Assembly (NCBI GenBank): GCA_031370005.1
Contig: JANMPT010000089.1
Span: 1-20,059, forward strand
Source of the DNA: Bdellovibrionales bacterium
Lineage (GTDB): Bacteria > Bdellovibrionota > Bdellovibrionia > Bdellovibrionales > Bdellovibrionaceae
Direction: 5' to 3'
DNA length: 20,059 bases
Every line of letters starts with the position of its first letter. Within the stretch, counting starts at the first letter, position 1. Position numbers and translations under genes: made by a program. Below the pieces are notes generated by a model. That model searched no databases. It was given only the letters and a program-made list of their open reading frames with translations, and was not told the origin of the DNA. Of this stretch, positions 8,033 to 17,600 are shown in pieces.

Positions 8033-8059
8033 TATTCGGCATATGTAGATCATCAGTGA
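8033..8059 (-). promoter_or_regulatory. putative sigma28 (FliA) promoter of the cyclase
   Basis: Minus strand TCAC-N15-GCCGAATA versus consensus TAAA-N15-GCCGATAA. The -10 is good and the -35 is weak. Confidence 0.4.
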
Positions 8060-8216
8060 ATGGCTTAAGGTCTAGTGTGGAGACACAGTTGTGCGGTTTT
8101 TTCTTCTATCAAAAGACTATGAATCAACCTGGATCTATGTATAGAAAAAGATTACGAAAACGTAAAGTGTAGGATGTATAAGTCAGAGGTAAAATATCCT
8201 CCAAGCATAAGGAGGC

Positions 8217-8675
8217 ATGATGAAAACCTGGGTGGCTGTCGTAAATCGTTCTGAAGCGAGAATTTTTGAAATTAATGAAAAAGAAAAGAACAAGCTGAAG
8301 CTCGTTGTGAAAATGGAAAATCCTAAAGGACGACTCAAAAATAGCGAAATCAATGCGGATCGTCCAGGAGTGAACGCATTTAGTTTTGCATATTCTCAAA
8401 CAAGCCTTACAAAGTCTCAAGAACCAACAGATCGAGTTGCACAAGTATTTGCCAAGAGTATTTCAAAAGAGCTTGAAAAAGCATTTAATGCACACCTTTT
8501 TCAAAATTTAATTTTAGTGGTAGAGCCCCGTTTCTTGGGAAAAATTAGAGCCGCACTTTCAAAACAAACTTATGAAAGAGTGCTCACAACTTTACATAAA
8601 GATCTAGTACATGTAGCGGATCATGATTTGCACCAATACATATGGCCGAAGGAGGAGCAAATTATTTATCGATAA
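8217..8675 (+). CDS. host attachment family protein (baeRF12, eRF1-like fold)
   Basis: TWV.V.N...ARIFE, DRPG, FAK.I...L......F..LILV..PRFLG.IR..L, KDL motifs. SD AAGGAGG. Confidence 0.88.
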   Translation: MMKTWVAVVNRSEARIFEINEKEKNKLKLVVKMENPKGRLKNSEINADRPGVNAFSFAYSQTSLTKSQEPTDRVAQVFAKSISKELEKAFNAHLFQNLILVVEPRFLGKIRAALSKQTYERVLTTLHKDLVHVADHDLHQYIWPKEEQIIYR

Positions 8676-8688
8676 ACTCAAAGATCCT

Positions 8689-9414
8689 ATGAAAGCGCTA
8701 GAAAATCAATTTCAAGAGCAGGTAGATGTTTTTAGTAAGCACTTACGTGTGCAATCTAGACGATTGAGTTTTGAAGGCGTGCATGCTTTGCGTATTAGTA
8801 TACGAAGACTTCAATCGCTAATCAGTCTACTTGAAACAAAGAGCACTCGTAAAGCGCTCAAAAACCCGAAACTCTCTTTGAATAAACTCGAAAATTTTTC
8901 AGGGGATCGTCGTCAATGGGATGTTGCTTTGCGTGGTGCAAGGAAATACCATTTCAGCGAGGCAGCGCTTTTAAAAGATGTAAGGCTTGCCGGCGGCAGA
9001 TTACATAAGATTTTGAGAAGTTCAGAAATTCAGAAAATTCCCATTGAATTGAATTTTTTTATTAAAAATCACAATGCGATGGAGGAATTAGTTCAATGGA
9101 AGATATATCAAAAAATGCGCAGTAAACTAAAAGATTTACTTCATCAACGGAATTTTTCAAAAAGAGAACTCCATAAATTGCGAATTTCGGCAAAAAAAAT
9201 TCGCTATCGATTTGAATCTCTAGGGCTTCCAACGGTTAAGCTCAAGGCGCTTCAGGATCAGTTAGGCAAATGTCATGATTTAACAATTTTGAGTGAGTAT
9301 TATAATTGTCCTAAACAGGTTAAAAAGGACGAAAAAAAGGAGTGCAAGAAAGCACAAAGGCTGATTCGTCCAGCTTTACGCTCAGGTCTTGATGTGCTGG
9401 ATTCTCTTCGTTAA
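8689..9414 (+). CDS. CHAD domain protein (polyphosphate-binding family)
   Basis: EGVHALRISIRRL, ELHKLRISAKKIRYRFE and LKALQDQLGKCHD are the conserved His/Arg CHAD motifs. Start placed at ATG 8689. Confidence 0.88.
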   Translation: MKALENQFQEQVDVFSKHLRVQSRRLSFEGVHALRISIRRLQSLISLLETKSTRKALKNPKLSLNKLENFSGDRRQWDVALRGARKYHFSEAALLKDVRLAGGRLHKILRSSEIQKIPIELNFFIKNHNAMEELVQWKIYQKMRSKLKDLLHQRNFSKRELHKLRISAKKIRYRFESLGLPTVKLKALQDQLGKCHDLTILSEYYNCPKQVKKDEKKECKKAQRLIRPALRSGLDVLDSLR

Positions 9415-9423
9415 GCTTTTTGT
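9389..9423 (+). promoter_or_regulatory. sigma70-type promoter inside the CHAD 3' end, probably giving a leaderless lipoprotein mRNA
   Basis: TTGATG (9389-9394)-N17-TAAGCT (9412-9417)-N6-ATG 9424. No SD. Confidence 0.45.
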
Positions 9424-9882
9424 ATGAGAAAATATTTAATCAGCATTAGTATGTTGGCAGTTTTGTGTGCTTGTTCCGAAGAGTCCAAAGTTAAAGAGAT
9501 TGCTGTGGACGGGGCTAAAGAACGATTTAAAATGGAGATCAAGGCGGAGTTTGCAAAAGCAGTAATTGGAAAACCTCATATTCAGGCCACTGCAGTTCGA
9601 ATTCTTACAGAAAAATCGGACTTTGATGTGCAAAAGTTGGAAATAAACTCTGATCGTGCTGACGTACTTGTCCAAGTTTTAACCACACCAGTAAAAGCTC
9701 GCACGGCTTTAATGGACGTTATGGAAAAGCTCGATGAGAGGAAAGAAGCCCGTTTTAATGTATCTGATGCCTTAACGCTGATCCTTCAGCAAATGAACCT
9801 CACTGAAACGCGAAGCCTCATAGTCTATAAGATGAAACTAGAAAAAAATGATGGCTGGCAGCTTACTAAAGATAAAAAGTAG
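9424..9882 (+). CDS. hypothetical lipoprotein
   Basis: MRK followed by a hydrophobic stretch and lipobox-like LCAC. 152 aa. Confidence 0.75.
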   Translation: MRKYLISISMLAVLCACSEESKVKEIAVDGAKERFKMEIKAEFAKAVIGKPHIQATAVRILTEKSDFDVQKLEINSDRADVLVQVLTTPVKARTALMDVMEKLDERKEARFNVSDALTLILQQMNLTETRSLIVYKMKLEKNDGWQLTKDKK

Positions 9883-9918
9883 AAAATCATGCTTCCTGTT
9901 ATTTTAATTTGGCCATCA

Positions 9919-11277
9919 TTACTTGCCAAGACAGATTTGATCAAGAGTTGTATGGCTTACCACTGGTTTTTTACCAATCAGGCGGCCTATCAGTCCGATT
10001 TTCTTTTCTACTGGCGGAGTGCGCGTTGGTGAACAGCCTCTAATGCTAGCAAATTGCGCCGACAAAAGGCTGCGGTGAAGCACTGTTCTTTGCAGGTTCA
10101 TATCTAGCAGGGATTTTATTTTCGCAACAGCGGAGTCAGACATCTGACTGCGTGCTTGCAAAACTTCGATTAAACTTGTGGCTCCTTGCTCATAGTTTTG
10201 AAGTTTTAGTTGATAAACTTGCGACATCTGAACTTCTGCTTGAGTAGCAAGGTCGAATTGGCTTTTTGCCTCTTGAAGGCTATTTATGCTTACTTCGATA
10301 AGCCGAGTATTTTCTTGTTGCAGCATTGCATCTTGCAATTTGATTTCCTGAATACGCCTTTCGTTTAATTCATATGTTGGAAACTGTGCAAAACCAAAAT
10401 TCATGCTGCCAGTGGCCTGCATATTGTCGAAACTTGTATGGGCACCAGTGGTACTGCGGCTGCCGATAGAAGCTCCACTGATAAAACTAAAAACTTTTGT
10501 CCATTTTTGGTCTTGGGCTGCTTTAATAAAGTACTTAATTTGAGCTCTTTCCAAGGAAATGCTGTTGGCCTTGTTGATTGTCGTTTGCAGAGCATCAAAC
10601 TCAGAAAGTGAGCCCTCCATAACAGAGTTTTCCAAAACAATAAGGGTTTCAAGAGGCAGGGACAAAAATTTTCTAATGGCAGCGATTTCCTGTTTGTTTA
10701 GCTCTGCCAACTGAGAGGCCTTTACTCCGGCCATTTGTGCTTGTGCCAAAGTTTGCATCAAATCCGAAATAGGAATCAAGCCGACGGCGTAGCGTTTTTT
10801 CTGCATTTCATAAATTTCTTGAAGATCGCGATATTGTTGTTGGTAGATGGCTTGAACTTGTCGATCCGCAATCATCGTAAAGTATAAAGAAAGGGCCGAG
10901 CTATAGGTATTCAACTGCAAAGAGTTGTACGAAAGTTTTTCAGCCTCGAATAGATTTCTCTGTGAAGAGTAGTTGTACCAGTTGGAAGGGACCAGGAAGG
11001 GCACGAGGAAATCGACGGAAGAAAGAATAAACCCGCCTCCAGTGAAGCTCATAAGGCCGCTCAGGTTTAAAGAGGGAAGTAAGTTTGCTCGGGCGATATT
11101 GACTTGGTCTTTGGCATCATGAACTGCATAAAGAGCTTTAAGAACCTCAAGGTTCCCGCTCAAAAGCTGAGCTTGCAAAGAGCTTTGATTCAAAACAAAA
11201 TTCTCAGCTGGGCTTTGGGCGAATGTCGGCGAGGTGACAAGGCTTATGCTCAGCAGTGCAATCTTTAGTAATTTCAT
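9919..11277 (-). CDS. TolC-family outer membrane efflux protein
   Basis: Signal peptide from ATG 11277, ARANLLPSLNL and two OEP-like repeats (Y.VGLIP.SDL, Y.QGATSLIEVLQAR). Alternative start at 11298. Confidence 0.85.
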   Translation of the reverse strand: MKLLKIALLSISLVTSPTFAQSPAENFVLNQSSLQAQLLSGNLEVLKALYAVHDAKDQVNIARANLLPSLNLSGLMSFTGGGFILSSVDFLVPFLVPSNWYNYSSQRNLFEAEKLSYNSLQLNTYSSALSLYFTMIADRQVQAIYQQQYRDLQEIYEMQKKRYAVGLIPISDLMQTLAQAQMAGVKASQLAELNKQEIAAIRKFLSLPLETLIVLENSVMEGSLSEFDALQTTINKANSISLERAQIKYFIKAAQDQKWTKVFSFISGASIGSRSTTGAHTSFDNMQATGSMNFGFAQFPTYELNERRIQEIKLQDAMLQQENTRLIEVSINSLQEAKSQFDLATQAEVQMSQVYQLKLQNYEQGATSLIEVLQARSQMSDSAVAKIKSLLDMNLQRTVLHRSLLSAQFASIRGCSPTRTPPVEKKIGLIGRLIGKKPVVSHTTLDQICLGK

Positions 11278-11306
11278 ATTTGATCCCCAGCGGGTCATCT
11301 TTCCTC

Positions 11307-11324
11307 GAAAAGTGTTTACTTTTC
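11307..11324. promoter_or_regulatory. inverted repeat, candidate operator upstream of tolC
   Basis: GAAAAGT-GTTT-ACTTTTC, perfect 7-bp arms in the divergent promoter region. Confidence 0.35.
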
Positions 11325-11438
11325 AAGTTACAAATTAGTCTTATAATAAATTCAATCAATTTTTAGTTTTTTAAAGTGCTATAACTTAACACTGAGCTCC
11401 GAAAGGTCATGGAAAACACCAAAAACTTAGCGAATGAC

Positions 11439-11452
11439 ATGATCTAGAACAT
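11439..11452. promoter_or_regulatory. Crp/Fnr-family-like palindrome upstream of the hemerythrin-PAS/RegBA operon
   Basis: ATGATCTAGAACAT, one mismatch from a perfect palindrome, with the TGA-N6-(T)CA geometry of FNR/Dnr boxes. Confidence 0.35.
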
Positions 11453-11522
11453 AGTTTTTTTGGAATTAATTTGAAACTTAGCCTGAATACACATTGCTTG
11501 ATGGATTAAAGGGGGTTTAGAA

Positions 11523-12464
11523 ATGTGTCCAGATTACGTGAAAAACCTTCCAGACGGTCATCCAGTCAGAGTGTATTTTGATGAAAATGTTTATCTACGC
11601 GAAATTCTAAGAGAAATAGCCGAGATCGATGCCACCAATGAATTCCAAAAATTCTTGAGCCTCTTTAATCAACTCGGTGAAGTTGAAAAACGTTACGCAA
11701 GGAAAGAAAATCAACTTTTCCCATTTCTTGAAAAACGAGGTTGGACGGGGCCAAGTCAAGGGATGTGGTCCTTTCATGACGCGAATAGGGACTTGCTACG
11801 AGCCGTCCGTAAAAAAATCGAAAATAAAAACCTCGAAGGTCTCAATCGAGATATGCACATCATTGTCGGGGAGATGGAACGCTTGATGTTGGTTGAGGAA
11901 ATGAGATTGTTTCCGACCGCGCTACAGATTTTAACTCAGGACGATTGGAAAGAAATGCGCGAAGGAGACGAAGAAATTGGTTGGATGCACATAGCCAATC
12001 AGCCGAGTGCCGCAGAAAAAAAGGAGCAGCTGTCAGTTGGGGGGATAGGAAGCCGCCTGCAACTTGACGAGGGCTCGATGACCCCAGAGCAGATCAATTT
12101 GCTTCTTAAGTTTATGCCAGTTGACTTAACCTATGTGGATGAAAATGACCGAGTTATTTTTTATAACCGAGGAGAAGCTCGGGTTTTTCCGCGCAGTGCG
12201 GGCATAATTGGCAGAGAGGTCCGTTTTTGCCATCCTCCCAAAAGTGTTGGTACCGTTTTGAGAATTTTAGAGGAATTTAAAAGTGGAACAAAAAATGAGG
12301 CTGCCTTTTGGATTCGTTTTAAAGGCCGAGTCATTCATATCAGGTATTTTGCTATAAGAGATCGGGAAATGAATTATAAAGGTGTTATCGAAATGTCCCA
12401 AGACATTACCGATATTCAAAAGTTAGAGGGAGAACAAAGGCTTTTAGATTGGGATGAAAAGTAA
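11523..12464 (+). CDS. DUF438-type hemerythrin-like + PAS domain protein
   Basis: GHPV..Y..EN, Y.RKENQLFP.LE..G..GPSQ.MW..HD, EE..LFP (hemerythrin-like). C-terminal PAS_10: PVDLTYVDENDRV.FYN...R.FPR...IIGR.V..CHPPKS. Confidence 0.88.
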   Translation: MCPDYVKNLPDGHPVRVYFDENVYLREILREIAEIDATNEFQKFLSLFNQLGEVEKRYARKENQLFPFLEKRGWTGPSQGMWSFHDANRDLLRAVRKKIENKNLEGLNRDMHIIVGEMERLMLVEEMRLFPTALQILTQDDWKEMREGDEEIGWMHIANQPSAAEKKEQLSVGGIGSRLQLDEGSMTPEQINLLLKFMPVDLTYVDENDRVIFYNRGEARVFPRSAGIIGREVRFCHPPKSVGTVLRILEEFKSGTKNEAAFWIRFKGRVIHIRYFAIRDREMNYKGVIEMSQDITDIQKLEGEQRLLDWDEK

Positions 12465-13764
12465 AATGAATTCAATTGCTAAGGAAAATCTATACGCAAT
12501 GTCCTTTTTCAATCTAAGAAATTATTTTTTTCTGCCATTTTCAGAAGTCGGCAACGAGCATGAAAAACTTCACTGGATTGTTCGATTAAGATGGCTTGTC
12601 ATAGGTTTTTTGATGGTCTTGGCCCCTTTTGGTCTCGCCTTGGGCGCTCTAGTGGGAGTAGGCTCCGGTGTTTATGCAGGAGTTTTGGGAGTGCTGCTTT
12701 GTTTTAACTTACTGACCCAGTGTGGTTGGTTTGAGAAGCGCCGAGAGGTAAAATCAGGGCTCGTCGCGTTTCAGCTCATTGTTGATCTTGCGGCCCTGAC
12801 GGGCCTTCTTTCGCTCACTGGCGGAATTTTGAACCCCTTCTATGTTTTATTTTTTATCAATATTTCACTTGGCGCGACGCTTTTAGACGGAAGATGGAGC
12901 CTCGTGTTTTTAGTCCTATGCCATCAGGCTTTATTTATTGTTCAAATGCTAAGTTATTTTACGGAACGTGATTTACATCTTTTTCCCACATTTCTTATTC
13001 AACACATTGTTTTATTGATGGCATGGGGAGTGAGCCGTTCACTTGGCAGATATATTGCGATTCAAAAAAAAAAGCTAATTCAAGTGAAAATTTACGCTGA
13101 AAAAATTGATCGTCTTCGTGCACTGGGGGCTATGACAGCGGGTTTTTCCCATGAGTTTGCGAGTCCTCTGAACACCGTTAAGCTGCGCCTGGGCCGGGAA
13201 CTTAGAGCCAATCCTCATTCCCAAAATTTACAAGAGATGAATATGGCAGTGCTTGAGTGTGAATCAGTTATTCGCCAGATGAACAGTGCTCAGCTGGACC
13301 CCCGTGACTTTCAGTTTCAGATTTTTAAATTGAGTTTTGCGACCGATAAGATTCTGAGCTCGTGGAGATACGAAAATCCAAAAGCGAAAGCTGATTTTAG
13401 TGCGAAGGCTGAGGTCGACAAAGTTAGGCTGCCAGTTTTAAATTACTCACAAGCCTTGATAAATCTTCTTGATAATGCCTTTGAAGCCAACCCGTCTGGC
13501 CATATTACAATAGTCATAGATCAACAGGAGTCTCATATTATTCTTTCAGTCGAGAATGAGGGGTCTTCGTTCTCTGAAGATGTTTTGCAAAGATTTGGTG
13601 AGCCCTTCGTTACAACTAAATCCACTGGAACAGGGCTCGGGCTTTACTCCGTCCAGCTTTTCGCCCAGTCCTCTGGTGGAAAAGCTTTCATTTCAAATTC
13701 AAAAATAGGTGCCAAAGTTGAAATTTTCATCCCTCAGTTCCTTGAGGAGGGTAGCTCGCCATGA
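12454..13764 (+). CDS. regB: RegB/PrrB/ActS-family redox sensor histidine kinase
   Basis: LRWL, membrane domain with quinone-binding GGILNPF, H-box SHEFASPL, downstream Cys (LECE), N-box NLLDNA, EPFVTTK..GTGLGL. Exact start (12454/12466/later) uncertain. Confidence 0.88.
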   Translation: MKSKMNSIAKENLYAMSFFNLRNYFFLPFSEVGNEHEKLHWIVRLRWLVIGFLMVLAPFGLALGALVGVGSGVYAGVLGVLLCFNLLTQCGWFEKRREVKSGLVAFQLIVDLAALTGLLSLTGGILNPFYVLFFINISLGATLLDGRWSLVFLVLCHQALFIVQMLSYFTERDLHLFPTFLIQHIVLLMAWGVSRSLGRYIAIQKKKLIQVKIYAEKIDRLRALGAMTAGFSHEFASPLNTVKLRLGRELRANPHSQNLQEMNMAVLECESVIRQMNSAQLDPRDFQFQIFKLSFATDKILSSWRYENPKAKADFSAKAEVDKVRLPVLNYSQALINLLDNAFEANPSGHITIVIDQQESHIILSVENEGSSFSEDVLQRFGEPFVTTKSTGTGLGLYSVQLFAQSSGGKAFISNSKIGAKVEIFIPQFLEEGSSP

Positions 13765-14270
13765 ACGAAAAAAAGCTTCTTTTGCTTGAAGATGATCGTC
13801 GCTTTCGGCACGCACTTGCTGAGGATTTTAAGGAAAGAGGGTATTTGGTTACCGAAGCTGGAAGCCTCAAGGAGTTAGAAAATATTGATTTTGATTATGC
13901 GGCAATTGATTTAAGACTTCTTGGTGAGTCAGGACTGGAGGCAATCCCAGAACTTAAAAAACAAAGTCCAGGCTGCCGAATTGTGATTCTTTCAGGTTAT
14001 GGAAGTGTGGCCTCTGCGGTTGAGGCGGTCAAGCTTGGTGCGCTAAATTATTTGCACAAACCTGCAAGTTGCGAACTCATTGAGGCGGCTTTCAAGGATA
14101 GGCTGAAGAATGACGGTTCGCGAACTTTTCAAGTTTCACCCTTGGATCAGCACGAGCATGAGTATATTGAATTTGTGCTTTCTCAAAATAGAGGGAATAT
14201 CACGAAAACGGCTAAACAACTTGGCCTGCACAGACAGAGTTTGCAAAGAAAACTAAAAAAATATCCTTAG
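13761..14270 (+). CDS. regA: RegA/PrrA/ActR-family response regulator
   Basis: LLEDD, phosphoacceptor IDLRL, LSGYGSVASAVEAVKLGA.NYL.KP, Fis-type HTH GNITKTAKQLGLHRQSLQRKL. ATGA overlap with regB. Confidence 0.93.
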   Translation: MNEKKLLLLEDDRRFRHALAEDFKERGYLVTEAGSLKELENIDFDYAAIDLRLLGESGLEAIPELKKQSPGCRIVILSGYGSVASAVEAVKLGALNYLHKPASCELIEAAFKDRLKNDGSRTFQVSPLDQHEHEYIEFVLSQNRGNITKTAKQLGLHRQSLQRKLKKYP

Positions 14271-14320
14271 TCAGAGTCCTGTACCTATATCGAGTGATTG
14301 CCAAAAAATTTAATGAGACT

Positions 14321-14335
14321 GCAACGTTTTGTTGC
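14321..14335. promoter_or_regulatory. RegA/RegR-box-like inverted repeat
   Basis: GCAAC-GTTTT-GTTGC has the same 5-N5-5 geometry as the RegR box GCGGC-N5-GTCGC and lies 50 bp after the regA stop. Confidence 0.45.
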
Positions 14336-14623
14336 GGTGATTTTTAAGAATTTTATGCGTAATGTGGTCCAGATTTTGGTCTTAAGAAATCGACCGAAAT
14401 GCTCGACCAAACAATCAAATTTCTGCAGAGCTTAAGAAGCCGGATATAGATTGATGGCGATTAAATAATGACGAAATTCTTCGAAAGATTGATGTCAAAA
14501 CTACATCGCTCGTATTAGACCAAAATATCTTTTCATTAGATGCTGTGCCGCCATTTCAAATTAGCCGCAGCATGCTGAATCATTTTATCAAACGTTCACT
14601 CTGAATTTGCATCAAGAAAACCA

Positions 14624-17600
14624 TTACTGCCGAGCCCAAGCTCGTAATTTTTCTAAAGCATCCTTCTCAGGATAAGTCATGTCCTTCCAAGTCCTACTCG
14701 TGAGTTGCTGGTAAGATTCAATAACTGATTCCACGAGACGCTGCTTAACATGCGTATCCACCTTTAAAGAGCTTATCGCATTTTCAAGCTGAGTCAGGTT
14801 TAGTGCCTCTCTGATGCCGGGAAGCTTACTCACATCAGTTTGGGTGGTTTGAACTTGCGAAAGGGCACGATCAATTTGCGAGACATCTCCCTTTTGTCTG
14901 GTATCAACGACTATTTTCTGAAGAAGGTTATTGATTTGAGCCAACATCGTTCCAGAAATTCTTTGCGTTGTCGCAAAGGCATCGGGATTATACTCAGATG
15001 AAACGTTGCCTACGGCCTCGATCATTTGAGAATCCATTTTACGGAATGTGGGTTTACTAGATGAAAGCTTGGCATTTTGTGATAGCGACTTCAAAGTTTC
15101 ATTCACCTGATCACCAATGCTCACAAAATTCATATTGATTTGCACGTCTTTCGGCATCGTTTTGCGCTTGGCTTCGAGCTGCTCCATATTAATCGTCGAT
15201 CCACCATCGGTAAAAAGGACCATATTAGCTTTTTGAAAAAGTTTTTCGCGGGCTCCTTGGGCTGCCTTGTTACGATAGCTCGTGCCGATGATGTCATAGA
15301 AATTTTCAACGGCTTTTTGAATGTCCGTGCCACCTGACGTTTGCGTTCGCATATTCATTCGGCGCGATAAGAAATTTTGCGCGTCTTCGCGGGAGGCGAT
15401 GTGTACACCTTGAAGAATGTTGTCATTAAAAGGAATTAGGTAAATTTCATGGGTCGGTCTTCCAATGGCATCGGTGTCGCTGAGCGCTTTGTCCACGAAG
15501 GCCATAAGAAGTGCATCTTGGCTCTCAATTGGGCGACCATTCATGCTCAGCGAAACGTCGTAGTAAATAACTGAGACTTTTCTCTCTAAAGGATTTTTCG
15601 GACTGATGACCCGTCTGGTTTCAAGGCTTCCCATCGCAAATTGTCGGCCTTGCAGAGTTGGCGCAAACATATTTTCACCAGGACGTAGGGTCCAAAGCAT
15701 TTTAGCAAAATCAAGAGGGTTACGGGTAACAATGAGGTCCTGACGTGGTTTCGGCGCAAGACTTCGATTTAATGTGGGCTCATCTTTCCACTGGGGCTCA
15801 GGCGTGGAATTTAAGGTCATATCGACGAATTCACTAACGGCGCCCATCTGCAAAAGTGGCTTTAACTTTCCGCTTACGATGTCTTGGGCAAGTCTTATGC
15901 TCGATGAGGAACCAATTTGGTCATAATCTTTTCCATACTGTTTTGAGAGCCAATTCTTTGAAATATTACCGGGCAGGCTCTTAATTAAATCCTGGACGGC
16001 ATCGAATTCCTTAGAGTTAACGTGTTTAATTTGATCAAGACCTCGAATAATTCCTTCAATTGAATGAAGAGCTTCGGTTTCTTGTTTCGTGAGACTTCGG
16101 TATTCACCGAGCGCGAGCAAGAGTCTTTCAACAATCATTAATTTTTGTTTTGCTTCACGGGCATTGTTTTGGCTGAATTCCACACGGATATCAGTCAGAA
16201 AAGTCTGTAGACCGCTGAACTTCGCAAATTTAGTATCATTAAGAATCGTCGATATTTTTCCTCTGGATCGTTCAACGACGTTTTTCCAATTTGAATTTTC
16301 ACCAAGCGCATCGAGGACAGCCGCGCTTTCTGTTTGAAACGACGTTTGATGGCCATCATGAATTAAGTGTTCAAGCAGCATAAGTTCATTGCGCTTGAGG
16401 ACTCGATCAATAAGTGCGAGATTCTGCTCGCCCTTCCGTCTTTGAGTCGACTTCGCATTAATGAGATCATCAATCTTCTTTGAACCGGGAGCCCCTTCGC
16501 CATCCTGCTCATTTTCTTTTTGATCTTTGCCATCTTCCGCTTTTGTTTTTTGGTCTTTTCCTTTTGAATCCTGACCTTCTTTTTTATCATCCTTTTCGCC
16601 ATCTTTAGCGCCGTCTTTGTCGGATTCCTTTTTTTCTGACTTTTGACCTTCGCCCTTTGAGGGCTGGCTTTTATCTTTTGGTGGTTGTTTTTGTCCTGGA
16701 GTTGGAGGCTTTGATTCTTCACGCTCCACATCAGTCGGAGACGACTGACTGTCTGGCGTATTGTTCTTCGGTGTCATGTCAAAAGGCACCCAGTGTTTGC
16801 CGTCAAAGACTTCAATCCACACATGAGCCGGGTCAGCCGATTTAACGACATGAAACTTTTCTTGACCCACCGTTTTTGTTCCCGCCGAAGTCCGGCCTCC
16901 GGCAATTCGCACAGGCATATTCAGAACATCTCTCAGCAAAAGACCGCCAATCCAGGCAGCACCATCGCAATTGAAGGCTCCGACATGAGCCATCGCCATG
17001 GGCTTTGGCATTTGAGTGAGAAGCTGATTAAATTTTTGATCTATTTTTGTGAGATCACCTTCACTAATCTTATCGCCCTTGGAATAATATAAAAATCCGC
17101 CCTCTTCAGAGATATATTTTTCTAAGCGCGCAGCGGCTTCTATCGGCGGCAAACCCTTTAAACTTTGCGTAAATAGAAGTAAATGCTGTGGCCAGTATCC
17201 TAGCTCTTGGGCATTGGGAACTTTTGGCGGAGCTGCCAAATAGGCCTCACTTTGAATTTTGGATAATCCAAGACTCACTTGATTTTTTGATGAGACTTGA
17301 ACTTTAAATTCTCCTGGTCCCACCTCGACAACTCGGTGGTCAGCATATTTTCCTGGGACGAGGGTGTATCCATAGGGAACAGGCACATCAATGCTGGTTT
17401 CGCCCAATGGATTAATAATGAGCTTCTTTGAGAATTGATTCTCCGCTTGAATTTGCTCACGACCGGAAGGAACAGATGACCAGTCTTTTAAATTAAATTG
17501 ATCATATATTTTTTGGCGGAGTAATCGTTTATAGACGCTGGCATCAGTGAGAACAATATCAACGTTCTTTTTCTTTCCTTTGCCATCATTTGCAAGGTCT

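Noticed and set aside
8198..8215. CCTCC...GGAGG hairpin occluding the SD of the host-attachment gene
   Set aside because: Only 5 bp, and a likely -10 (TAAAAT, 8190-8195) would start transcription within the left arm.
14271..14603. TCAGAGT...ACTCTGA inverted ends suggesting a MITE
   Set aside because: Only 7 bp, with no extension and no target duplication. Compatible with chance.
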